From the human T2T-CHM13v2.0 reference genome, Homo sapiens: 64,000 nucleotides of DNA. The DNA is taken from the NCBI RefSeq assembly GCF_009914755.1, contig NC_060948.1. One strand, given 5' to 3'. The notes beneath the pieces were generated by a model that saw only the letters and a program-made list of their open reading frames with translations, made no database searches and had not been told where the DNA came from. The first letter of the stretch is position 1. Every line of letters begins with the position of its first letter. Of the stretch, positions 48,340-62,083 are shown one piece after another. A program made the position numbers and the translations under genes.

Positions 48340-48690
48340 TATGGTTTTAATGTTTGTGTCCTCCAAAAATTCATGTTGAAATCCTAACCCTCAAGGGGAT
48401 GGTATTAAGAGGTGGGGGCTTGGGAGGTGATGAGGTCATGAGAGTGGAGCCTCATGAAAGTGATAAGTGACCTTATAAAAGGGACCCCAGGGAGCTCTCT
48501 CACCCCTTCCACCATGTGAGGAAACTGTAAAAACTCTCCGTCTATGAACCAGGAAGTGTGTTGTCACTGAATCTCCCATGCCTTGATCTTGAACTCCCAG
48601 CCTGCAGAACTGTGAGCAATGCATTTCTGTTGTGTATGAGCCACCGCTAGTCTGTGATGTTTGTTACAGCAGTCTGGACAGACTAAGACA
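48340..48690 (+). mobile_element. MLT1A-type MaLR LTR
   Basis: ctatggttttaatgtttgtgtcctccaaaaattcatgttgaaatcctaacc...ttgttacagcagtctggacagactaagaca. Confidence 0.85.
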
Positions 48691-49832
48691 CCACCTTACA
48701 AGTATGGTACTTGCCAGGTGCTCCTCCCAGCCCTTCAAACCCGCCCAGCCTCCCCACTTATTCCTCCTATAGCCTCATCCCAGGAAGATGCTCTGAGGCT
48801 CAAGAAGTCTGAACCCTGAATCCAAACATCTGGCACATTGGTACCTGCACTGCCTTGGCCAGATACTTTTCTCAGAGTTGTGGTTTGCTTTTCTCAGTGG
48901 GGTGAACAAGGAAATCCTTTTCAGCCTGCCTGTGCCATTACGCTAAGGGCTGGGTAGACGTCAGGACCGGCTGCTTTCTGCTTCTATGCTGCTCTTCAGG
49001 GCAGGCTGGCCATCCGTGCCTGCCTCCACTTTCCCACAATGCTGGGCCTACCCTTCACACCTGGCTGTCTTCAATTTGAGGACAATCAGAAGTCCCCAGC
49101 AGTGGGATTTACCAGCATCCTATGCTCAGGGAGGGTGGAGACATGTGCTGGACCATCAGCACCATCACTCTGGGAATTGCCTTTGGGTGTACATTTTGTA
49201 CAGGGGAAGAGGGGCCAGTGATAGGAGGGCCTTCCTACAACCTTAACTTACAGGATGGCCGTCAGCTTGTGCAAAAGTAACGTCCAGTTGAAAGGAATGA
49301 AGTACTGATGTATGCTGCTACATTGGTAAACCTCAGAAACAGAATGCTGAGTGAAAAGCCAGATACAAAAGGTGCACATATTGTATGATTACACTGACAT
49401 CGGGGTGGCTGCTAATAGGTACAGGGTTTCTTTTTGGGATAGCGGAAATGTTTTGGAACTATCAGTATTGGAGCTAACTGATGTATAACTCTGCAGATGG
49501 CACTAAAAGCCACTGAAATGCACACTTTTGAAGGTGACTGTTACAGTATTTAAGTTATATCTCAATTAAAGAATAATAGAGTTGTAGCCGCACAGTATGT
49601 CTCACTCAGTGTACATTGGCTGAATGTTTACCGAGCAAAGATCATGCCTGTTCTAGGCACTGGGGACGTGAAGATCCCTGCCCACATGGGGGTGACCACC
49701 TCGAGAGGGCAACATACAAGAAGCAGTGTAACGTCCCTGCCTGTGCCCCTTCTGGGGGCTAGTCCCACAGGCCCTGTTTGGATGAAGAAGATTTTACATG
49801 AAATCAAGCTTGGAGCTGTGATTAATTTAAGG

Positions 49833-50362
49833 CAAGTGTCCGCAACCCCCAGTTGCAACCATACTGGTTCATGGCCTGTTAGAAACTGGGCTACATAGCA
49901 GGAGGTAAGCAGTAGGCTAGCAAGTGAAGCTTCAACTGTATTTACAGCCACTCCCCGTCACTCGCACTACCACCTGGGCTCCACCTGCTGTCAGATTAGC
50001 AGTGGCATTAGATTCTCATAGCATTGCGAACCCTATTTGTGAACTGCACTTATGAGGAATCTGAGTTTTGGGCTCCTAATGAAAATCTAATGCCTGGTGA
50101 TCTGTCACTGTCTCCTATCACTCCCAAATAGGACTGTTTAGTTACAGGAAAACAAGCTTGGGGCTCCCACTGATTCTACATGATGGTGAGGTGTAAAATT
50201 ATTTCATTATATATTACAATGTAATAACAGCAGAAATAAAGTACACAATAAAGGTAATGCACATGAATCAATCCAAAACCATTCCCAGCACCAATCCATG
50301 GGGGAAAAAAATTGTCTTCCATGAAAGTGGTCTCTGCTGTCAAAAAGGTTGGAGGCTGCTGA
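49833..50362. mobile_element. MER1A hAT DNA transposon
   Basis: ~530 bp, gtccgcaacccc...ggcctgttagaaactggg...aaaaaggttggaggctgctg. Confidence 0.8.
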
Positions 50363-50399
50363 TCTAAGAGACAAGACTATGGGGCTGTTTTTTCTCTTT

Positions 50400-52118
<1,719 letters not shown>

Positions 52119-52395
52119 TCAGAAACACAATGAATGGATTTTTAAAGACCGAACCTCACGTGGACAGGAATTTTTACCTACCATTTTGCATGGAAAAATT
52201 ACCTACTCGTTCAGTCCGGTCCCGAGGGAAGCGCCTCTGCTTCCCTTTTCTCTGTGCTTCAAGTGTTCAGAAGCCCAATCCAGCCGGAGGGTGGTGCGCC
52301 ATCACTCAGGCACCGATCTAGTTACAACTCGACTGCCCTATGTCCTCACCTGGGCACTGAGCAGGTCTTAACCCACAGATGGAGCACACACTTAC

Positions 52396-52606
52396 CTAGG
52401 CAGCCAAGCAGCGGCAGCACCCAGGATGCGCTGAGTTGGCCGGGAGGTCCGGGGGAACCAGGGCCTCAGGCTGACAGCAGGGCAGCAGTTGCAGGAGGCT
52501 CAGGGCCAGGCAGAGCTGCCACTGTCCAGTGGCTGAAACATCAGCACGAACTGCCTGGCTGCCTCCCAGAGGGGCAGCAGAAGGTCGCCAGTTTTTGGGA
52601 GGCCAC
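52396..52606 (-). pseudogene. GPR143 pseudo-exon 1
   Basis: GTG GCC TCC CAA AAA CTG GCG ACC TTC TGC TGC CCC reads (M>V)ASQKLATFCCP, then /AARQFVLMFQP...LALSLLQLLP...LGCL G|gtaagt. Compare GPR143 [26 protein letters not shown]...LALGLLQLLP...LLGCLG. Start ATG>GTG, plus internal deletions. Confidence 0.88.
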
Positions 52607-52619
52607 GGACGGGCAGCTC

Positions 52620-52810
52620 TGTAACCACCCAACAGGTTCATCTTGCCAGCTGCCTAGAGAGAGCTGATTTATCAAGACAGGGGAATTGCAATGGAGAAAG
52701 AGTAATCCATGCAGAGTCAGCTGTGCAGGAAATCTTATTATTACTCAAATGGGTCTCCCCTAGCACTTGTGGATTGGAGTTTAACAAGGATAATTTTGCA
52801 GGTAACGGCT
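52620..52810 (-). mobile_element. LTR8-like ERV1 LTR fragment
   Basis: tgtaaccacccaacaggttcatcttgcc...gatttatcaagacaggggaattgcaat...tttattattactcaaat-like. Confidence 0.7.
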
Positions 52811-53066
52811 CTCCTCATGCCTACATATGTATTTGACTAACAGTCTTCTGAAAATGATTCAATCAGAAAAGCCCGTTTTAGTCAGAGAGCACTATTCAGC
52901 ACTGTTATATCTGGAGGAGCGAATGCTTTTTTGGGGGAGAATAATAAAAAAGGAAAATGATGGGGAAAAGAATGGAAAAGTGAGTTGTCTGCCGCAGAGA
53001 GTGGAAGAAACCAGTCCAGTTAAGGTTAAGGGCTCTCCGAGAGCTGTCCAGGACTAGAACTGAAAT

Positions 53067-53704
53067 TGATAGTGCTCTGATGAGGGTAAGAACACCAGAG
53101 CTCTTGTCTCACATTGAATTAGATAAAACAACAGGACACAGGTGGAGTTGTTTTAAGGAGCAGAGAGTTTAATAGGCAAGAAACAAGGAAGAACAAAGAA
53201 GGAAGAAGCTCCCCTGTACAGACACAGAGGGAGGGAGGACTCGAAAGCCAAGAGATGGAACCCAAGTGGGGAGGAAACAAGCCAGGTATACGTAGAGGCT
53301 GGAGGAGGCGGTGTCTGATTTGCACAGGGCACAGTGGATTGGTTTGACAAGGCATGTCATTCACTTAGCCCACGAAAAAGCGGGCCCAACTACTCTAGTC
53401 TTTTAATATGCAAACGAAGGACGCCATGATGTTCTACACACGTGGGGATATGTGGGGGTGGCCATGTTGCCAGGAACATGTAGGGCAAGGGCAGGAGGGC
53501 ACAGGAATTGCCATGTTTGGGTGGACCCAGTTTCTAATGGCCTACATTTGCATATCAAAGTTTGCCAGCCAAGCCCTAAGAGCCAAAGCTCTAAGAGCCC
53601 AGGCTTTGCTTCTAGACAAGAAACATTTCTAGAGCAGCTTTAATAGAAATGAAAACTTTTCCTCTCTATTTGCCTAAAATAATTTCTTAATAACTCCTAC
53701 CACA
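53067..53704 (-). mobile_element. LTR10-family (HERV-I) solo LTR
   Basis: Minus strand begins TGTGGTAGGAGTTATTAAGAAATTATTTTAGGCAAATAGAGAGGAAAAG, contains ATTAAA and ends ...CTATCA. Confidence 0.75.
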
Positions 53705-54002
53705 AAAGCAGCAAAGGGACCTAAGTAATGGCAAAAGGAGTCTAGGAGTCTCAGAATAGAAGAGGTGAATACTAGTACAGAGCAAACAGTGTGGAGTTCA
53801 GATCTATTCCAGCCTGCTGTCTTGCTAGCTGGCACATACAGTGCCTATAGACTTGAATCAAGGAATTGAATGCAAAGACAAACAAAACATAACAACAAAA
53901 ACATTTTAGGCACTGTTACGCGCTTACAAATTGGTAAAAATGGTCGATGTTACTGTGTTGTGTTCTCTCTACAGTTAAAGGAAAAAGAAAAGAAAAGCTG
54001 GA

Positions 54003-54530
<528 letters not shown>

Positions 54531-55239
54531 AGAAAATAACACAAGGAAATTTTTGATGGTGATGGAGATGTTTATTACCTCGATTGTGATGATGGTTCCG
54601 TGGGTTTACGCCTATGTCCGAACTCGTCAAACGGTACAGATTAAGGAAGTCCATTTGGCTGGTTGTGTTTTGTATAGCAATTCCACCTCAATAAAGCTGT
54701 GACATCACACACATGCGAGCGTGGTACAACTTACATAGCCGAGTTCACCTTTTTAAAAGTGAATTGTTTTGGAGGTTTTAGGGACATGCACAGAGTTGTG
54801 CAACCATCACCTCAAGTTAATGCAAAACAAGGTATTGAACTTACAATTCACGTCCCATAAAACCTACCCTTTCAAAGTTGACAATACAGACGATTTTAAT
54901 ACATTCTCAAACCTGTGAAATTGGCCCTAATTCAGAAAAACGAATTGTTTCTTAAATCATGATTTTACAATACAACATGTCACAGTCACAAGGAATCATA
55001 CAGGTTATTTCTTAACGATTGGCTTTTTTTTTTTTAAGGCGGCTAAATCCTGCTCCTTCAGAGCTTCTGTTAAATATTTTTAAAGTTGGCGAAAGATAAT
55101 TTTTAGAGTGTAAACTGCGTCCTCCCAGCTTAGCCGACCTGAGGGGAGGAAGCACAACAAAAAGTCCCGTGGCATAACTGACACCTATGAATCAGTATCA
55201 GAAACTGAATATGCTAAGAAACTCAGTTCCGAGCTGTGA

Positions 55240-55800
55240 CCTCTACAACGGAAGAATAATAGGTTGGTTACCCGAGGCGGAATCTGGAACTGAAATTCTC
55301 ACTCATTTGACTTCCCGCTGTTTATCACCGCAGATTACGGTTGCACCGTAAAAGGAGAGGTTCTGTTCCGTCGCGGGATTTCGCCATGGTAAGACGTCTG
55401 CGTCCTAGCTCCGGATTTATCTGCCTCCATCCTTTGAAGAAGGGCCTTCCATCTTGGCAAGCTTTTACTTTTCGGGTACCGCTGCTTGGCGGGTGGGAAT
55501 GCTGCTGGTGCTGCTTCAGGAAACCCGATTTGGAGAGCGGAGGTCTGAGAAGAGTGCGGCTGGGGGTTCCGGGCTGGCCCTTGTGCTCGGCCTGGGCGCC
55601 GGTGGTGCTGTTGGCACGTGAGTCTTGTTAGGAATAAGCTTCCTCGGCTAACCTTACAAGTCCACCCTTGACTCCGCAGCCCAGCACTGGCTTTTTACGC
55701 GGGTTAGCTTATATCCATACGTTGAAGCAGTCTCAGATTCGCTTGGAGAGCACTGTGGACGCTGTCTTGACAGACGCCAGAGAGACTCGTGAGGTTGTCA
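55240..55800 (+). promoter_or_regulatory. RPS4Y2: CpG-enriched RPS4Y2 promoter/exon 1/intron 1 start
   Basis: Local CpG enrichment, an ETS/GABP-like ACGGAAG near 55248, and an interrupted pyrimidine initiator ttctgttcc at 55361-55369 just before the ATG. Confidence 0.65.
55386..55388 (+). CDS. RPS4Y2: RPS4Y2 exon 1 coding part (ATG only)
   Basis: ttcgccATG|gtaaga, the ATG-only first coding exon typical of RPS4 genes. Confidence 0.9.
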
Positions 55801-55849
55801 AAGGTCTGGGAGTTTTGCGGGGTTTGTTCTGGAGTCTGGCAGGAAGTAA

Positions 55850-56287
<438 letters not shown>

Positions 56288-56658
56288 TGACCTCAACTTT
56301 GAGCACTATTGTGGTCCATAATGTCGCTGAGAACCTGGGCTTGCCATCTTTTAGTAACTATTGAGAGCCTAATACATGCCAGGTGTTGTTATGTGGGCCC
56401 ACCCTTAAGGATATGTCCGGGTACAAAATGGTTGGACAACAAAATCTATCCCTCTTTCTTGTTGAAGCTTACATCCTGCTGGGAGGAGAGGGAAGTTACA
56501 GTATGTTCACAGGTGCTGAAGGCTGGGGGGAGAAAAAAGTAGGGCTGTTGGAAGGATCAATGGGGTTTTGAGCACTGCAGTTTTAAAGAGTGTGAAATAA
56601 AGAAGCCTCTTACAGAAGAACAGAAAGACATAAGTGAGTGAACTATTGGACATGTTTG

Positions 56659-56950
56659 GGGTTTTTTTTTTTTTTTTTTTTGAAACTGAGTCTTGGCTTG
56701 TCACCAGGCTGGAGTGCTGTGGCATGATCTTAGCTCACTGCAACCTCTGCCTCCGGGTTCAAGCGATTCTCATGCCTCAGCCTCCCCAGTAGCTGGGATC
56801 TTTTAGTCACCACGCCGATCTAAATTTTGTATTTTTAGTAGATACCAAGTTTCACCCTGTTGGCCAAGATGTTCTCAATTTCCTGACCTTCTGATCCACC
56901 CGCTGGTGGCCACTCCCACAGTGCTGGGATTATAAGCATTAGCCATGGCG
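56659..56950 (-). mobile_element. Alu (AluSc-like), RPS4Y2 intron 2
   Basis: Reverse Alu with poly(T). Confidence 0.9.
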
Positions 56951-57936
56951 CCCCTCATATTTTCAAAAGAGCTGTTAGGCTGCTGTGTTGTGATTTATTC
57001 AAATTGTGTTATATCATGAACCCATTTCTTGAGGCTTGTGCTCTCAAGGATTAAAAATGCCAACAGCAACAACAAAACACCAGGATGTCAAGTCCTGGTG
57101 GTCTCTTTTGCTGTTTGAGCTCTCCACTTTAGAGGGCACTTCCTGAACCCAGACCTGAGGGGATTAATGAATGTGCTAAATTCCAGATAAGAAAGGGTTC
57201 AGTGACAGTGCACTGAGTCCCCATTAATAATAAAATGTATTTAATTTGAAGTTACCCTTTGTTTCAGAGGGTGGAGTAGCTGCTGTTTACATTGAGCCCA
57301 AGATACGGTTTTAACAGTAACGGCTACTGGGGTCCATGCAACACAGGCAAGAAATTGCGTGAGAAATGCAGGAGTCTCTTGAACTCAACCTTGAAGACCT
57401 GGCAGGATGAGGACAGTATGCCCAGAGGCAAAGGAGGCAAGCATCTGACAAGAGGCGGACTAGGCAGTTTCCACATTGGTGGTGTGGTAACAATGGGAGA
57501 GAGGGGTTGAAGCCATAAGAAAGTCTTGGGTCTTCTGAGACAGAAAGGGAGCCAGTGTGAAGAAGCAGACAGAAGCGAGGTGATTAAGATGCCAAAAGTT
57601 TTGTTGGGCAGGAATAAACATAGGGCATCTAAGAGAAAATAATGCAGCCCTGAGGGTCCACATCCACATAATAGGCACTTGGTAACTAACTTGATAGATT
57701 ACGTAGCCTTTTCTTGGGACTTAGAACTCTGAACACTGAGTAGCAGAAATTTGTCTTCCTTGTCTTGGCATTTTCGGAGAGAACATGGACTCTGTGTTGT
57801 TTGCAGAGCTGGATTTGCAAACTTTCCGTGTCAGTTTCTGCTTCCAAGTCTTATCTCTGCTACTGCCCCCTAGTGTCTGACCTCCCAGGTTGGGCCCCTG
57901 TTCCCTCTATTGTTAAGTGGATGAGCAAGGCACTCT

Positions 57937-58247
57937 CTCTCTTTTTTTTTTTTTTTTTTTTTTTTTTGAGACGGAGTTTCAGTCTTGTTTCCCAGGCTGG
58001 AATGCAATGGCACAATCATGGCTCACTGCAACATCCGCCTCCTGGATTCAAGTGATTCTGCTGCCTCGGCCTCCCAAGTAGCTGAGATCACAGGCATGTA
58101 CCACCAAGCCCAGCTGATTTTGTATTTTTAGTAAAGATGGGGTTTCTCCACATTGGTCAGGCTGGGTCAAACTCCTGACCTCAGGTGATCTGCTTACCTT
58201 GGCCTTTTAAAGTGCTGGGATTACAGGGGTGAGCCGCTGCACCTGGT
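57937..58247 (-). mobile_element. Alu (AluS) with TSD, RPS4Y2 intron 2
   Basis: TSD caaggcactct on both sides. Confidence 0.92.
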
Positions 58248-59066
58248 CAAGGCACTCTTTTTAAGAAGACTTGCTGGGAACTTAGTCCTCAGTCTTCTGG
58301 GCTCCACTCTTTTCCCCATGGCGTCGATGGAAGTGTGTGGTTAATGATTGAGTCCATTTTAAGAGGGATAAAGCTAAATAGGCATCTGTAGAAGGAGCTT
58401 TAAGAACAGCCTTCATTAGAAAGGATTCCTGTGTGGCCTCAGCTTAAGAGATAATTGAGGAGTGGAGTTAAAGGCAATACAGCCCCAGAGCTTGAGACCT
58501 TTACAGGTACTGGTAGCAAATAGCCAAAGGATGGTATAACACTAAAACTGCAAAAGTATAGGTTATAGGATTTATTGGAGTGGGAATTTGATGACACTTA
58601 AGCTGGTGGCAAGCAGCCAAGAAAGGGAAGAGCACACAGTCTGTGTTAAGAGGTGGTCCAGCAATATCGGCAGGGCTTGTGTGGGACTTTGAGGCCTAGA
58701 ATGGTGAGAAAGTAGTAGAATATGTCTTCGTAGGTTGTGGGTAAAGCGTAACCTACACCTGAGATACATGGGATGTAGTATTGTATTGAAGGGAGGTTTG
58801 AAGAGGCAGTACCAGTGCTGGTGGTGCTTGGGGCAGGGCAAAATGGGGAGATGGTTGTGAGACTGGATTTGTGAAACAAAGGGGCACAAAAAGAGACTTC
58901 CATAGTTGGGGTTGTGACCTTCCTAACAAGACAGACCTCTCTAAATTGATGAAATAATTGCCCTCTTATATTCCTCTTCCCCAACTAGTTAAGTTCAGCT
59001 AATGCTGAACTAAGGCAAGTCATCTACTCAATCTGGTTATGTAAGGGGCGGATCTTGAGAGATTAG

Positions 59067-59309
<243 letters not shown>

Positions 59310-60506
59310 TGAGAGAAAAACAAGGTGTGAGGCTTACATGTTGCCAACGATAAGCAAAACCCAACACTGAACTTTGATTTCTACATGAGTTACTGCTGGT
59401 CATTTCAGAAGGAGAATGAGGGATAGGGAGAGCGTGGCAAGGCACAAGTGAAAAGCTGGAAAGGGGTTGGTAATGTAATGGGATGAGATCAGCAGTGGCT
59501 GCTAGCTGGTGGTTATCGAAGTTTGGTTCCTACCCTCCCAACAGAGACTGGGAGACAGAGAAGCTGTCCTCAGGTGTTGGCTGGAAAAAACAGTAAATTC
59601 TTTTGGTTAGTCTTGAGTTTGTCAGGCAGGCACTTTGAAGGGGTCTGGGCTCATCTTGAGTTTTTAGAAGCCATGTTAGTGGTTCAGATCTTCATAGCCA
59701 AGGCTGAAGCTCAGCCAAGAAGAGGGCTTAGAGGAGTCTGGCTAATGACTGGTCAAGGAGAGAGAATCTTTGTCAGTGAACAGGGTTTTGGCCCTGTCTT
59801 CCCACTTTCTCTGTTGATGACCTAACCATGCTGGATCTCCAAGGATGCATTTGCACCTTGGTGGGAGAGGAGAGTGGAGAAGGGAGAGAAGGGTCACACT
59901 CGTCTAGGGAAAAAGTGTCCTGAGAAGGATGGTAGGGAAAGGCACTGAGGAATTCTGACCTAGTGGTTTGTTCTCTCTTTCTTTCATGGCGACAGGCTCA
60001 ATACTTTTTTTTTTTTCTTCATTTTGTATTTTGCTTTCTTTCTTAAAACTCCAAGTCCCAAGCAAGGCAGGACTCCTGATAAGGGAAGTCAGAGTCGTGG
60101 CGGGGGGTGCCAAGCCATTGACCGGGCAACCTGCAGAGCCTTGAGCCTTGTCTGCTTAAATGTGAGGACTGCTTGTTCATTTGGTTTTCTGGTGTGTGTG
60201 GGTATGCTTATGTGTGTTTTCTCCTCAGCATCCTGAGTGCATTAACCCAGAACACAGTCTCAAGCAGCCGTTGCACAATAACATAGAAAGTGGTAGAGTA
60301 GCCATATATATAGACATTTCCTTTTGTTGGATGATATTTACTGGGACAGGACCGGGGTTGGTTGGTTTCATTCAAGCACCCCCATCAAGCGCTGGGGACC
60401 CCTACGCTGCTAAAATGTTCTCACATTCAGCTTGGCACAGAGAGCTCCAGCTGTGCAGGCCAAAGAAACTGCATTAATAATGTTCCTTATACTTGTTTGT
60501 GATCAG

Positions 60507-60604
60507 ATGTCATCAGCATTGAGAAAACAGGTGAGCATTTCCGCCTGGTCTATAATACCAAGGGCTGTTTTGCTGTTCATCGTATCACAGTGGAAGAGGC
60601 AAAG
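60507..60604 (+). CDS. RPS4Y2: RPS4Y2 exon 4, codons 88-120 (gene continues beyond the window)
   Basis: gatcag|[33 protein letters not shown]|gtaagt. Confidence 0.97.
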
Positions 60605-60659
60605 GTAAGTGAGCTTTATAATTTCCAGACAGATAGGTCTGTTGCTAAGGTTCTCAGAC

Positions 60660-60761
60660 GGCATTTAAGCCATATTCTGGGAATAGTGCCTATCTCTGCC
60701 TGTTTGTCCGGGCATTTAAGCCATATTCTGGGAATAGTGCCTATCTCTGCCTATTTGTCTG
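60660..60761. repeat. 51-bp tandem duplication (2 mismatches)
   Basis: ggcatttaagccatattctgggaatagtgcctatctctgcctRtttgtcYg x2. Confidence 0.95.
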
Positions 60762-61792
60762 GTTGTTCAATTCAGGCACGTAGGTCTACCAACACTGATA
60801 CAAGGCAGTGGATTTTCCAGACGAGGCTGTTTAGAAACAGCGTACAGAGTAAGCAGTTCTCTGAGGGACAAGATGTTTCTGTATAGGAAAAGTCTGGTAT
60901 TGGAACCAGGAAGGCCTGGGTAAGAATCCAGACCCTGTCATTGATTAATTATGTAACCGTAGGCAACAGTATGTAGAACCTTTTGTGAGCCTTCATTTTC
61001 TCTGTAAGTGGTGATAATATGCTTTCTTGCCAGGTTTCTGTGACTGTTAGCAGCAGTGGTGCCTCGCACTTGCTAGACATAGAAGATTGTTGACTTCCTG
61101 AAGTCTGCCTCAACCGTTAAACTCCCCCTTCTCCAAATTTAATGGCCAAAGTCAGTACCATCGGGGAAACTTTTCAAGGAAGTTCCTTTCCGTGTGGACA
61201 GCACCTGCCTTTTTTCTGTGTAGGGAACACCTCTTTGGAAACCAGGATCACCCCTCAGTCATCCATTCCTCTTTTCCCTGGATTTAAGGTCATGGGGTGA
61301 CTTCTTCCTTATTTCTCACATAACCCAATCACCTGTACAGTGACCAAATGCCACCTAAATATGAGACACATTCTATAGATGAATTTCAATGTTTTATCAG
61401 ACATTGTTTCCACTTTGTTTAATCAGCTTGCCTTTTTCTCAGTTATTTCTTTGGGGGAAACACATTGGAGTCCCTATAGGAATTCACAAATACTTTCATA
61501 TCTGGGTAGTTTCTTAATTGATCAGTTGTTGGTTGTTTTTAACTTCTTTGGTAGTGTCCCTTGATGCAGTGTCCCTTCTGTTTTTGTGGATTGTTCCCAC
61601 AATGAGGTGCTTTGTTTTAGGTGGTAGGAACTAGGTCTAGTGTCCTGGAGAGTGTTCAGTTGCCCAGGGTGTTGGATCCTGTTGTGTCTAAAAGCTAGAA
61701 AGCACAGGGAAATCTCAAATCTGATGACTGGTTTCTGCTTTTGTAAGGAATTTGGATCTCAAGAGACAATGCAGATTGGTAGTCCCTGTGAA

Positions 61793-62083
61793 TTTTTTTT
61801 TTTTTTTGACTGAGTCTCACTCTGTCGCCCAGACTGGAGTGCAGTGGTGCCATCTCGGCTCGCTGCAACCTCCGCCTCCTGGGTTCATACTAATCTGCCT
61901 CGGCATCCCAAGTAGCTGGGACTACAGGCATGTGCCACCCCTCCCGGCTAATTTTTATATTTTTAGTAGACATGGGGTTTCACCATATTGGCCAGGCTGG
62001 TTTTGAACTCCTGACCTCGTAATCCACCTGCCTGGGCCTTCCAAAGTGCTGGGATTACAGGCATAAACCACCACACGCAGCCG
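61793..62083 (-). mobile_element. Alu (AluS) with TSD, RPS4Y2 intron 4
   Basis: TSD ctgtgaattttt on both sides. Confidence 0.92.

Noticed and set aside
53340-53495. Full p53 response element in LTR10
   Set aside because: Only imperfect isolated half-sites. No RRRCWWGYYY x2 could be assembled.
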